A DNA stretch of 64,000 bases, taken from NCBI GenBank assembly GCA_003427395.1, contig BFEA01000036.1, positions 520,281 to 584,280 on the forward strand, in the 5' to 3' direction. Source of the stretch: Chara braunii (lineage: Eukaryota; Plantae; Charophyceae). Position 1 is the stretch's first letter; each line of letters opens with the position of its first letter. Both the position numbers and the translations under genes were made by a program. The notes under the pieces were generated by a model. It saw nothing but the letters and a program-made list of their open reading frames with translations. It made no database searches and had not been told where the DNA came from. Shown here one piece after another: positions 36,502-49,400 of the stretch.

Positions 36502-37109
36502 TTCCCCCGCCTTTTTTTCCCCCTTTTTTTTTCCTGTTTTTTTCTCCTTTTTTCCGTTTTTTTTTTTTTCTAAACAAAAAACAGTTTCCGTTCCCCCCTC
36601 CCCCCCCCTCTCTTGTGAAAGTGGGAATTCCCAGACTGAAGAAGCAACGAGAACGAACGTGTTTGTCTTGGATGGAGGCTCAGAGAGGAGGGTTATCTTT
36701 GTGAGGATGGAATATAGAGAGGGCCCTTTTTTTTCCCGTCTTCTTCTTCTTCTTCTTCTTCCTTCCTCCTTCTTCCCTTGCCCCACTCCCCCCTTCCCCC
36801 CCCCCCACAGGGTATTTTTCAAAGAAGCGAGGTTGTGGAAGAGAAACTGGCAGAAGAGAATAAAAAGGCAGAAGAGAAGCTTTAGGCAAAGAGAAACTGG
36901 CAGAAGAGAATAAAAAGGGAGCGAATGAAATTGAGAGAAGAATCTAGCTGAGTCTTTTTTTTTAGTTTTTTTTTTTTAACAGAAAGAAGAAAAAAAGAAG
37001 GAAAGGCGGGAACGAATGTTTTCAATGCGACAGGCAAAATGCCATAAAGAAGGAATTTGGAGGACCGCCTCTACTGGTGGAATTAGAGAGAGCTCGGGGG
37101 CCAAGTCCC

Positions 37110-37249
37110 ACTAGCAGCGTTGAGCTACCTCAACGCCTGAATCTGGACGCTTTTGCGGAGATGTGCAGAAATGGTGTAGAGTTTCCTGAACTGCACGTCT
37201 CCACAAACACGTCCAGATTCAGGCGTTGAGGTAGCTCAACGCTGCTAGT
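37110..37249. repeat. 140-nt fold-back with 40-bp perfect arms
   Basis: ACTAGCAGCGTTGAGCTACCTCAACGCCTGAATCTGGACG pairs with its exact reverse complement at 37210-49, extended inward by TTTGCGGAGATGTGCAG/CTGCACGTCTCCACAAA. Confidence 0.9.
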
Positions 37250-37687
37250 AAGCCTGGCTGTGGTCGTACGCGTCGGTGGCCTCCGACTATGGTGGTTGAA
37301 GTTTGGCCCGCCGTTCTTTGAGGGGGGAGAAAGCCGTAGGGAAGGGAGTGTATATCCTGAACGCTCGGTTGAGGCTGTGTTCTGCTGTGCAAGGGAGGCG
37401 TGGAGGGAGATGGTTTCGTTTTGGGGTGTTGTTGAGATTTCGCCGCTCTTCTCTCTCTCTCTCTCGTTTTCTTTTTCTTGTTTGTGGGCGTATTTTACTA
37501 TTTTTGGAAGAGCGTACGCATCCCGCACATGAGCTAGAACTTTCATCTGACCGCAATTACGTCCTCTGGCTATGGCGGTGGAAGGTGCGCTTTTTAGGTC
37601 TTATGAGCTGCGCGTTGTTTTGCTGCTGTGCTGATTATTAGAATACAAAGTTGCAAAACGAAGAAAATTCAAAATTACAAATATATA

Positions 37688-37729
37688 TGATGAGTCGGTG
37701 AAACTCCGACGAAACAGTTTGTCACAGCC
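37688..37729 (+). ncRNA. Truncated hammerhead remnant related to the LTR HH2
   Basis: TGATGAGTCGGTGAAACTCCGACGAAACAGTTTGTCACAGCC versus HH2 CTGATGAGTCGGTGAGAATCCGA(C/T)GAAACAGTCTGGCGCAGCC. Stem I is lost. Confidence 0.7.
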
Positions 37730-38557
37730 CCTCGTTTGTTATCCGCTTTTTTATCTCTCTGTGCCTACGGTTTACCGGGCAGCTCTGTTTGGGCGGCCTT
37801 GTACGCATGAATTTTTTTTTTTTTCTTTTCTTCGCTTTTGCGCTCGGATAACTTTGTGACGATATATATACCTCGTTTGTTGTCCTCTTCTCCCTCTCTA
37901 CCTACGGTTTACCGGGCAACTGTGTTTGACCAAGCGGCCCCTCGTGGATCCGAGTACCGCTTATGACACTCAAGTGTCAGACTCGAAGTATCGTGATGGT
38001 CCATTCCCTCACGATATTGCACGGCTGAAGGAATAGCCGTGCGGCCGCCACGAGACCTCCGGCCTTTGGCCTGAGAGTCTCGGCAGGTAGGGCAAATAGG
38101 CTCTGCGCGGGGGAAAATTCCTTCCATGCAGAGTCTAGGGCTTGGGATGTTCTGGACAAGGACCTCGAATCCCGGCCCAGGACCAACGTCCAACTAAAAA
38201 CTCAAAAAAAAAAAGTATACAATCAAGTGGAGGGGTTTTTCTGCCTTTTTTCAACCTTAACCCCTATTTAACCCTTAATACGATGGCCCCTTGGGCCACG
38301 CGAACTTCTAACATAGGTACACATACATTTTTATACGTATATAAGGGGGATAAGTATGTGACGATCACTTCTTACAATCACAATGGGGCTCCTCACAACC
38401 ATACGTATATGTGTGATCGCAGACAGTCAAATCCAAATTCTGAACCACAGAACATACCTGCAATCACATCAAAGATTCAAACAAAGTCCACGCACTACAC
38501 GGAGTTAACCCCACACACTACACGGAGTTAACCCTCACTTTAGCCATGCAAGCCCCA

Positions 38558-38810
38558 ACTTCGACTACCACCACCATAGCCGGAGTTCACCTTCCACCGC
38601 CATAGCCAGAACTCGACTTCCACCACCATAGCCAGGATTCGACTTCTAGCACCATAGCCAGGATTCGACTCCCACCGCCATAGCTAGAGCTCGACTTCCA
38701 CCGCCATATCCAGAGCTCGACTTCCACCGCCATATCCAGAGCTCGACTTCCTCCGCCATATCCAGAGCTCGACTTCCACCGCCATAGCCAGAGCTCGACT
38801 CCCACCGCCC
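38558..38810. repeat. ~26-bp minisatellite, ~10 copies
   Basis: Units of CCACCGCCATA(G/T)CCAGAGCTCGACTT, with one inverted copy at 37564-37587. Confidence 0.9.
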
Positions 38811-38911
38811 AACCAACCATTTTTTTTTTTTTTTTTTTTTTTTTTTCTCTCTCTCCCCCCGCCTGTGCGGGAAGGCCCTTTTGACAACCAGAAATGTTGC
38901 GCAACCAAGAA

Positions 38912-39171
38912 AGGTATGTGGCTACGGGCGTCGCCAAAACATGGACATGTACGTGGCTGCGGGCGTCGCCACATGGGACACGAAACGGAAAACGAAACGA
39001 GTGCATCTTCCTGCAGAAAATGGTCAGGTTCATAGGTTTGCTATCAATAACATCTTCCTGGTATGTGGCTACGGGCGTTGCCGCACGGGATACAAAACGG
39101 AAAAGGAAACGAGTCCATCTTTCTGCAGAAAATGACCAGGTTCATAGGTTTGCTATCAATAGCATCTTCCT
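38912..39171. repeat. Imperfect direct duplication
   Basis: GTATGTGGCTACGGGCGT..CGGAAAA.GAAACGAGT.CATCTT.CTGCAGAAAATG..CAGGTTCATAGGTTTGCTATCAATA occurs twice. Confidence 0.75.
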
Positions 39172-39604
39172 CAGTACCTTTGTTAAATGGCCATTCAATA
39201 AAAGTCCGGGTGAAACCTTAACAAAACAATAAAATCACCAGGTCTAAAGCTTTTTAGGTTGGCAATTGAGGGTGAGTTGGAATTGAGTCGTAAACCGACG
39301 AATCGGCAACCGACCTGTTATTAGTGATAACAGAAGGTGATCCTTATAGGACCAGGCTGAATCTAGTCCAGATTTTGAATCAATCGATCAGGACCTGTAA
39401 CACATGACAGACCAATCCCCCAAGCTAAATCTATAAGTCTGTGGGGAATAATCCTCATATCATGATCTCACTCAAATTATCCTAATTAGCTAAGCCTAAG
39501 TTTACCTTATAGCAAGCGCCAATAGAAAGGTAGACCCTGACAGAGTCTCCTCTATATAGAGCGGATTATCCAGAATTGCCACCTGTCAACTATAATCTAA
39601 ATCC

Positions 39605-40145
39605 TCTAAACTAGGAAAATTTCGGCAGCGCTTCCCATAGGAAAAGTGCCTTGGCAGAATTTATATTAGCTAAAAAATCTAACTTTTAATTTTAGAAAGT
39701 CAAAGTTTGTCTAACTCCCTGAATTAGTAAAAATTTGGGCAGCATTTCCTTTAAAAATGGAGACTTTCCAGATTTATACTAAGTCTGATATGAACTCAAA
39801 TATAAAATCAGAGTTCAACTAAGACAAAATTTAACTAACTCCTTAGATGTGTAGAAATTTCGGCAGCGCTTCCCGTAGAGGAAGTGCTATTCCAAGATTT
39901 ATACAAAGCTAAGTTTGAAATTCTAAATGACTTTTGACTTTTCAAGGTCTAATTTTGTCTAACTTCCTGAATTAGCAAAAATTTGGGCAGCATTCCCTTT
40001 AAAAAGGGAGGCTTTCCAGATTTTTACTAAGTCAAAAAGTCAAGGGAACTGGACCCTGAAAAAGACAAAAAATTGACTGACTCCTTGGTTTTGTAGAAAT
40101 TTCGGCAGCGCTTACAGTAGAGAAAGTACTATTCCAAGATTCATA
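39605..40145. repeat. ~240-bp tandem repeat (2+ copies) with an AAATTT(C/G)GGCAGC core
   Basis: AAATTTCGGCAGCGCTT at ~39617, 39856 and 40097 alternates with AAAATTTGGGCAGCATT at ~39730 and 39978. Confidence 0.75.
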
Positions 40146-40438
40146 TAAGCCCAAGTATAATAAAAGATCCCAAAAAATGCAAAAATTGATCTAAGTAAAA
40201 AAACTTGGCCCAGAAAGTGCAGGAATTGAAACCAATTCCTATGGCTCTAGCACGTGGCGAGCAACTAAAGCAACTACCTATCAAATTGAAACCCAGATCA
40301 AGTAGTAGCCTCACTTAGTCACATGCAGGCCAAACCACAAAGGTAAGTACTATCACTATCCCAAAGTCAACTTAACAAACAATAGTTCATAGTCTTTCAA
40401 TGATTTATCCCTTTATACCCAGCTTACATAAGGCATAA

Positions 40439-41166
40439 AGCTAGACCACCCAAACTTATGGAACATGTCTAGCTCAGCCATAGAGCATACACAAACACAG
40501 GGCACAACAACTTTTCTCTTCTTTGGGCATATGACTAGGCCGCCCTAGTCGCTCTGAATTGTTTAAATATCTCAACTTTATATAACTGTCTGCACTTGGT
40601 CTTTTGAGGTAGCATATAACTGAGCCGATCATCTTCAGCTCAAGACTCAGTCTGCCCCTTCGTACCCCAATTTTATTCTCGATTCATACTCTCTTCAGTT
40701 GGTGATAAGCTATAGTCAGACCACCCAAACTTATGAAACCCTGTCTGACTAGCCTGTTCATAGATAATATAATAATAAAAGTATAGCGAATTTATAACCT
40801 TCTGGTTCCAACATGTGCCAGACGTTGGACCAAGACCACCGAAACTTATGGAACATGTCTTGATACTCAGCCTGGTTCATTTTTCTTAAAGTCAAAGCAG
40901 AAAGAGGCTGAGCCACCCAAACTTATGGAACATGCTCACACCTCCTCGTTCAGGAACTAAAGAAACTGACAAAAACCCAAAGTAAACAAGGCGACCAAGC
41001 CACCCAAACTTATGGAACATGCTTGGCCCCTGAAAAGTCAACCACATTCAGCCCTCACAAATCAGAGTAACCAGACCACCCAGACTTATGGAACATGTCT
41101 GGTTGTCCAGGGAATCTAAAAATAAACATAGCACTGGGCCTTCCCAAACTTATGGAATTGGCCCAG
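40439..41166. repeat. Array of 7 hairpins with conserved loop CACCCAAACTTATGGAACAT and variable complementary stems
   Basis: Units start at 40439, 40713, 40831, 40909, 40995, 41069 and 41134. See findings for the stems. Confidence 0.92.
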
Positions 41167-41409
41167 CCTTTGGTTGACCCGGTCAACTTCATGCAATACA
41201 ACCCTTCTCCCATCCTTCCCCCAGATGCAACCCCACAATCTGCTTTCAGTCAATCAATGAGACTGAAACTGACATTGTACATGCATTCCTTTGCTTAGTC
41301 TGGTTATGTCCTGAAAGTCAAACCAAAAAGTCAAAAGTAGGGCTGCATACCATATACTCAGTCGGACATGCAATGGGCCATACAGATAGGGGCTATAATC
41401 TGGGTCTAT

Positions 41410-42930
41410 AGAGGGGGATGAAACGTTATCTTACAATTCCCTGCCTCCAGAATTCCGGCAGAGCTCCCACAATCGTTGGGCTGACTCCCCACAAAGTCTT
41501 GCTGCGGTCCCACGGGTTGCAATCCCGCCTGCCGCTTTCCTCTCAGAATTGGACTAGACTTAGAGTAAGAAGGGCAGAAGATGAGGGGTTTCAGATGCTC
41601 GAGATACAAGAGGGGGACAACTCAACTCCTAGGAGAGGGCCTTGATACCTTCACTCGCCTGAGGGCCCCGCAATGGCAGCCAATGTAACAGCTTGGTCAA
41701 CTTCTGAAGCCGATTGTCAAAGTCAACCCTCTGCTGACCTCACAAATCGCAGCACTAACCCCCCTTCCCAAGCTCAGTCACCCTTCTAAGTCCAAACGCC
41801 GCTTGCACAACAGGCTGTAACATTTGGCAATAGCCAGTGGCAGTATGCAGTAATGCGCTGCAACCCACAGCAGCCAGCAATAGTCAACGAGCCGTTGACA
41901 GTCGTCCGTGTACCGTCGAGAGACCCAACACCATTGACCAAGGCTTAGTCAAGTGGTCTGGCTTCGAATACTTGTGCATAGGCAAATGGTCCAGCAACGA
42001 CTGCCTCACCCGCTGCTGCGTACTTGTAGCCACACAAAGTAAGGATGAGCTCCCCGTGGGAACGTGAACGACCCTTTGACAGGGGGTGGCCAACTACTGA
42101 CGAGAAGACAAGTACTTCAAAAAAAGTTGCTGCACCCCCCCTGCGTGCCTTTTGGCTCTTCAACAAAACGAGCCACTATGCCCCACAACTCAGTGTGCAC
42201 GATAGCAGACACTATGATAGCACCCAAGGGTGTGATAAAACACAGTCAATGCACGGTAGGTGCACCGCAGATGCACACCCGGCCATCAATCCTCAATCTT
42301 GCACAGCGACACAGAGCGCACCCATTGACTGGCCTGCCAACAACTCTAGTTGTTATAATCCGACGTTCGGCTCATCGGGCACGACTTGTTCGTCCCTCGC
42401 TACTGCCAAGGTAAGTTCTCGTTCGTTCCCTTTTTCAACATAAGCAGACTCTTCTGATCCTTCCACTAACTCATGGAACCATACGAGTTCCTACACAGCC
42501 AGTTCGTTGCTTCCGACCAGGTAAGTGCTCCAACTCACAGGCGCGCCCTCACATCTGTTGTTCGTACCTCACCTCATCTCCTTCGATCAATGGAGCAAGT
42601 CGAGGATCATAGGGACCTTCCGCTAGAATGCGGATAGGTGCATTCACGTCCTTGCGTCGGCCTGTTCCCCTCTTATAGCACATTGCGCAGCCTGAGATCC
42701 GTGGTGCGCTAGACTAACTACTAACTCTCACTTCTAACAACACCATCGCACTCGCCCGGGGTCAAAAACCTCGATGTAGTCCCTCCCCTCACCTATTTCC
42801 ACTTAGAAGTGGAGGGGAAACCTCCTTCTCTGTTCTGCCATATCTACCCCCTTCGCGCTACCTCTGCGCACGGCTTCTCTATACTAATTGCCTTTTTACT
42901 AACTTTCTCGCTAAGCTAACTTCAGAATCG
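41410..42930 (+). mobile_element. Possible PPT (41410-41418) followed by an LTR starting TG at 41419
   Basis: AGAGGGGGA|TGAAACG. The downstream sequence is non-coding with GGTAAG donor-like motifs. There is no second copy to confirm it, and the end coordinate is a guess. Confidence 0.3.
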
Positions 42931-44524
42931 CATCCGCGATGGTTGAGGNCCCCCNTTTCGGNCCCCCCCCCCCCCCCTTGTTTTCGTCCAGGATTGGGCG
43001 GGCTTTACTTTTCTCGGCGCCCACCTTTCTCTTTAAGCGCTCCCGCCGTAGCCCGCATAACTACTGCCGCCTCCGTTTCACTAACTTAGCACCTAATCTA
43101 ACTTCATGGCCGTGTTCGCCTCACCTCCAAACCCCAGTCTCGACGACTCCTCCGCCTAATCCCGTTGTGAGTCGCGCGAGCCGTCCTTCCTCCTCTGCGC
43201 CTTACCTGTCTCCCGCCATATATATTGCTGAGTGCACCTGGCGCGGTATACCGTCCAGGTTTGTCTTTTTTTTTTCTTCACTGCGCCCGTTGCCTTGGTT
43301 CGCTGTCGTGTCCCGCTACTAGCGCAGTTCCTTCCCGCATGCATCAGGCGCTAACCCCTCTTTTCTTTCTCTTCGCCACCTTTGTCCCACTCGTTCCCGA
43401 ATGCACCTGGCGCTTGCCCCTGCCTCGGTTCACTCACCGCCTTTCCCCTTATCTCTCCCCGTCGCTCGACTGTCTACCTCGCCCGCTGCTTCTAGCGCAG
43501 CGCCCTAGTAGTCGCAGTGACCCGCTCGACACCTCTCGGTCATCCCGCCTTCACTGCTCCATCTCCCTGGTGACCCGCTCTCCGCTATCACGCATTCTCG
43601 GCAGAGATCACGACGAGCGCTAGTCTAGTCACAACGTAAGCTGTCGGTCGGTATGGGACAGCAGGGCGACGGTCCCGTAGTCCAAAACTCCGCTAAGGAG
43701 TGCCAAGCAACTTATCCTGCCGAGTCAATCTGACCGACAGCGAGCGACACCGAGATATGCAGCCTGCGTTTGGCTGCCTTGGCTTACTCCGACTCCATCA
43801 GGGAGCGGGAGGCGCAACTTCGTTATCAGACTGGCAGCATGGGTCTAGGTGGTAACGGGCCCGGCGTAGATCTGGATGGGAGGTTTGCCCGGGAGTATTG
43901 TTGACCTTGGCCTCTAATGTGATTGATGAAATGAAATTTGAATTTTGAGGAGGAAAAAAGAAAAACAGAACGAGGCCCGTGTCGTGCTACCTTAGGGTAC
44001 AGAAGGGACGACAAACGCAGAGTGGCGAAAACGAGGAGGTTCCTCTGGCAAACTTGCGCTCCGACCTCTGGAAGTGGAACTATGGCCGTATGACTTCGCA
44101 GACCGAATGTGACGGTGATAGAGGTCGTATATATATACATCCAGGGCAGTTGTGCGGTCTAGCATGCCCTGGAGACGTTAGGTGACGTATGGGATATGTT
44201 TGGTGGCGTGAGAGACGGTGAGTGTTGTTTTCTTTTTTAATGTGTGTGTGTGTGTGTGTGCGTGTGTGTGTGTGTGTGTGNNNNNNNNNNNNNNNNNNNN
44301 NNNNNNNNNNNNNNNNNNNNNNNNNNNNNNNNNNNNNNNNNNNNNNNNNNNNNNNNNNNNNNNNNNNNNNNNNNNNNNNNNNNNNNNNNNNNNNNNNNNN
44401 NNNNNNNNNNNNNNNNNNNNNNNNNNNNNNNNNNNNNNNNNNNNNNNNNNNNNNNNNNNNNNNNNNNNNNNNNNNNNNNNNNNNNNNNNNNNNNNNNNNN
44501 NNNNNNNNNNNNNNNNNNNNNNNN

Positions 44525-44584
<60 letters not shown>

Positions 44585-46342
44585 GTTCTTGGTTTGCGAT
44601 GCTCGTCGTCACTGTGAAATTGATTGGGTAAGGGTCCATTTGTTATATGAACACCTGAGGCTCTCAGTAGCGAGAGAGGCCGCCCACGTATGTTGGGGGG
44701 AATTGACGTCAGTAAGAGGCAGATCGAGAGCGACGTTGGAAGCTACACCGAAAACGACGTGGACGAAGAAAATAAGAAACGAAGGGCAGTTTTCTTGAAC
44801 CTCCGGATGACGAGTGAGATCAGTTACTTCTGAAAAGAAAGTGCAAATCCGTCATGATGGTTATGAGACTGGAACACCACCTTCCACTCTTCCAGCTCTC
44901 TTTTTTATTCTCCCATTTCTTCTTCCTCCTTTTCCTTCTGTCCTTATAACTCTGCTTCCATCGCGTCCTCTTCCTCCACATCTTCCTCCTCCTCTTCTCC
45001 GCCTCTCCTTGTCCACCTCGATCTCCACCTCCATCTCGACCATTTCCACCTCCTCCGCTTCTCCTTGTCCACCTCCATCTCCGCCTGCTCCACCTCCTCA
45101 ACCTCCTCGTCCTCGACCTCCTGCTCGTCCATCTCCTCCTCCTCCTTTCCTCCCTGACGTCTTTCTGCACCCTCCTTCCTCAGCTAGACCTCCCCGCCGT
45201 GGTTTGTGCAGTTATCCCTCGTGCACGTGTGAATCATCATGTGAACCCCGTCGACAGTCTCTCTCGGCCGATGCGTGCAAAGCAGTTTGCTATCGCCATG
45301 GGCACTTTGCTCTCCCCATGGGTTCCTGCGTGCAAGATTCTTGCGATCTCCCTCGACATCCCAATGGGCTCTTTGCCCTTCCCAAGGCATCGTGCGACGT
45401 CAAATCACCCTCCCTTCCCCTTTCCTCCCGCCTACAGCCCACTCCCCTCTCCTCTCGGTTCATCGATGCAAAGCATCGTGCCATGCCGCTCAACGCTCTC
45501 GCTTCCTACCCACACCCCTCTCCCCTCTTGCCCTCGACCCCATGGCTCCCTTCATGTGCACGAACACACACATCATGCGCGCAAAGCATCTTGTGACGGC
45601 GCTTGACATTTTGCTTTATCCCTTTTCCACGTGTTCAACATCCTGCCATCCCCTGACATCATCTCCCTTCCCTCTTCTTGCGTATAAAGCATCTTGTGCA
45701 GGATCATGCAGTCCCGCTCTATACTTCTTCAGCACGCCTAGCGCGTGCAACGCATTTTGAGATGCCCCTCGAGACTCTCCCGTCCGGCCCAATTTTCTCT
45801 TTCGCGCGCAGAGCGTCTTTCAAACCCCTTCAGCACTATCGCTCTTGTAGCCTTGCGTGGAATGAGCAGATTGCGACCCTGCTCGGTGGCACTCTCCCTC
45901 TTCCGCGCCCTGTCGCATGGAAGGCATTTAGCCACCCCTTTGATGTTCCCTTCCTCCTCCGTGTGTGCATAACGTTTTTCCTCCGTGTGTGCATAACGTT
46001 TTTCCAACGCCCTCGCCACTTCAATTTTCAGCGTTTGGCAGGGAGGCATTTTCGACAACCCTCGGCACTCTCTTTGCCTTCTCTTACTTCCTTGCCTCAA
46101 AACACCTTGCAATCCCCTTCCACTTCCGCCCGCCACGCGTCCCGCTGCGCCCCTCCGCTTCCCAGTCCCCCCAGGGCCATGCGTGTAAGGAATCGTGCAG
46201 AATGCAAGCCACATCTCGGGGGGAGGGAGAAAGTCCATCGCAGGGTGAAGATGAGTTGTCTAGTGCTTGTGTTTGCTGGGCCCGAGGCGAGGGGGAGGGA
46301 TGTATACACATGCACACAGACACACACACCCACACACCCACC

Positions 46343-46382
<40 letters not shown>

Positions 46383-46409
46383 NNNNNNNNNNNNNNNNNN
46401 NNNNNNNNN

Positions 46410-46475
<66 letters not shown>

Positions 46476-49400
46476 TCACTGCGACATGAAACCATGATGG
46501 CCTGATGTGTGGTTAACGTGAAAAGGGCCAAGGGCCAAGGGCCAGTATTCGATTCCCCGAGTGTGTTGTCTCCTGTTACTTCTGTTTCTTTTTCTAGACT
46601 AGAGGTGGTTCCGATTTCTGGTGGGCATCCTGAAGGACTTGAAGGAGCATTTTTGTCGAAGAGGCTGCTGGACATTTTCGCTATCCCAGTGTGACATAAT
46701 TCGATTCAAATGCCTCTTGACATGAACTGGCAGTACTGTTCATGGGACATATCACCAGATCTAAACAGGTCTGCAAGACTTGGCGTGGTCCCAAAACTTT
46801 GGCCGCAATGCTTAGAGCCTTAGACAGTAATGCCTGCTCCTTCGTGAGCACCCTTCAACAATTCTCACTAAGGTCTGGACCTACTCAGTACTACTAGTAT
46901 GTTCGCTCTCACTCTGCGACTCCAATCAATGCATATGCATGATATGCTTCGATGGTCCATGTTCCACCCGCTTTCCATTTCGTCTGCACAGTCGTGTTGC
47001 GTTGGCCAACTTTAGTTTCATTCGCTGAATGCCAGCTCTGCTATTCCAGAGACACCTCCTGCAATTCCATCAGCGTCTGCATTGTCTTTGGCACTGAGTG
47101 TGCCTCCGGTCGCACCAGCCATTCTCCTGAGTCCATCAACCCCTTCTGCAGTTCCATCAGCCTCGGCAATTACTACTGCGTTATCCCCTTTTCCCTCTTT
47201 ATCGTTGCCGACACCACCGCTACTGGTTGTTTTGCCCTCTTTGCCGATTTGGCCTGCCCCATTCCCCCTCTATCCTTGTCCGTCTCCCTTGGTTCGATCC
47301 CGTCGACATCATTTTCCCCTGTCACATTGCATGGGCTCCCCCTTCTCTGCCATCTCCACCTCCTTTGGCCTTATCCCCCTCCGTGCCTTCCGCATCTTCC
47401 AGCTCCTTGAGCCTGAACATCCCTGCAATGCACCATCTACATTTGTCCCTCTTGCACATGCATCCGATTCCTCTTCTTTCCCTGATACCTCCCCTTTGTC
47501 TGGAACTTTGTCATTCCTCTACTCTCCATCCCACTGATCTTCACCATCCGGTTCTTTCTGCGGCCTTACAGAGCTTGCCTATGCTTCTGCCTCTTCCTGC
47601 CCCTGGTCTTTCCTCTCTTTGCAAGTTTTTCGGGCGAAGAAGAGTTGCCTCGTTTTCTTCCCCTTCATCTCACCCTCCCCTCCCAGTCGCTTCCGTTCAG
47701 AGCGTCAACCACCTCGGCAGACACCCTTTAGTGTTCTTAGTTACTCTCGCCGACCTCCCACACCTTCTGTGCCCTGCAGACAACGCTCCTCGCTTGTTAC
47801 AGCCTCCCCCTCAGTACGATGGTGCAGCTTCTTCGGCAATGTCGTTACGTGTTAAGACTTCGCTGCAAGAATTTTCATCCAATGTCACACACGTGATTGA
47901 TTGGGAAGCAAATGACAGTTGATTGGAAACTTCACTGAAAACAGAAATCGGTGATACTCTGTGAAATCCATGATGAAACGGAGAAATTCTTAGGTATGCC
48001 TCGCGAGCACCCAGCTACCTTGATCACTTTGCACCAACTGGGATTGAAAACGATGCAGCATTCCCAACCCCGTGCTTGTTAACGCTCAAAATTGGGATGC
48101 GCGGTTCTCCAAAACATTGACACTTACCAACATGCCTAGCTCAGTTGGAACAGCCCTCAACTGTTGAAATACAGACCCCTGTTCAAATTTCACTGGAAAC
48201 GGATGAGTGAAAGACTACAAGACTGAATTACGTAGGGCCGGTCAGTTGGATGATGACATCTCAAGGCCATCGCCCTTTTTGAAAACGAGGAAAAACATTG
48301 ACACTCGGGGCAAGTCTCATGTTCAAATCCCACTGCCTGAGGACTTCTTACCTGCTGCTCCCTCACTGGCTCCGGTCCCATCTATAGGTGGCGGGTGCAT
48401 CATACCAGGCCCCCACCCCGCTTCAGTGAGCTGCAACACAACTGCATGTCGGTAATAACTTTTGCAGGGAATGCGTTGCACATTGATGCACAACTTTCAG
48501 AAATGGAATTTGACTCTGTTACCCAGAAGCATGCCTGCGATACACTTCCCAAAATGAGGCTTGACTGTAGTCACACCCAACGAATGTATCGGCAATGCAC
48601 ATGATGCCATCCAATTCCGCCGTAAGAATTTCTGACTCTCTGCGGACTATGTGCTTCTAATGGATGTCTTCAGGCCTATTGCTGTAATCTCTTTCCTCAT
48701 CTTTCTCTTGACAATTGCATGCCAACTTGATGTCTCGGGAAGCGATCTGCTAGATCAAGACAATGATTCTGTAGGGGAAGGAGGATTTCTGCTTTGTGCC
48801 CTGACAAACCCTCAAACTCAAGATGCGTAATGCTCACCAGGGTGAGGCTCATATCCGTGCCCGCATTGCTTAGAGGCATGACCACTACAGGGCTTTTGTC
48901 CGAGGCTTCTGGACCCTGAGAATTACCGTATTAGCAGTACCCAAGTCGATGACTTTCCACGTCCTGATGACACACTGCTCTGCATAGTAGACTGCAACCT
49001 TATGTCTGCTTCAGAATGGGAAACACTATTTTGGGAGAATGTGCACTCCCCGACAGAGTATTGCAGGCACAGTACATATTCATGTATTCATGGGTGCAGC
49101 ACAGCTGTCTATACCAGCAAAGTTGGTAGCAACGTGATTAGTAAACAGAGTATTGCAGGCACAATACATACTCATGGGTGCAGCACAGCTGTCTATACCA
49201 GCATAGTTCACCCAGTTTGCTGCAAAGGACAACATGAGAATGCCTGCTCTTCTGCGGTGAACCTTCTTCTCTTGTACTTGGTGTACCTGGCATGCTATCT
49301 GTCATGGACGTCTTTCTATCTTGCGTTATCTCCTCACCTTCTCTGCCACCTACCTAGAGAGATAATTGGCTATGTCCTCCTCCTATCGTATGCTATGTCC

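Noticed and set aside
39284-39305. TGAGTCGTAAACCGACGAA as a hammerhead
   Set aside because: It lacks CTGATGA, GAAA and stems I/III.
40439-41166. CRISPR array interpretation of the repeat-spacer pattern
   Set aside because: The context is eukaryotic with no cas genes, the spacing is irregular, and the variable flanks pair with each other, unlike CRISPR spacers.
42885-42905. GCCTTTTTACT as U5 loop I
   Set aside because: It has an extra T and lacks the flanking U5 stem and Sm site.
43830-44110. Possible LINE ORF2 C-terminal remnant (PLANLRSDLWKWNY)
   Set aside because: Only a faint resemblance to the 8187-8843 ORF, too weak to call.
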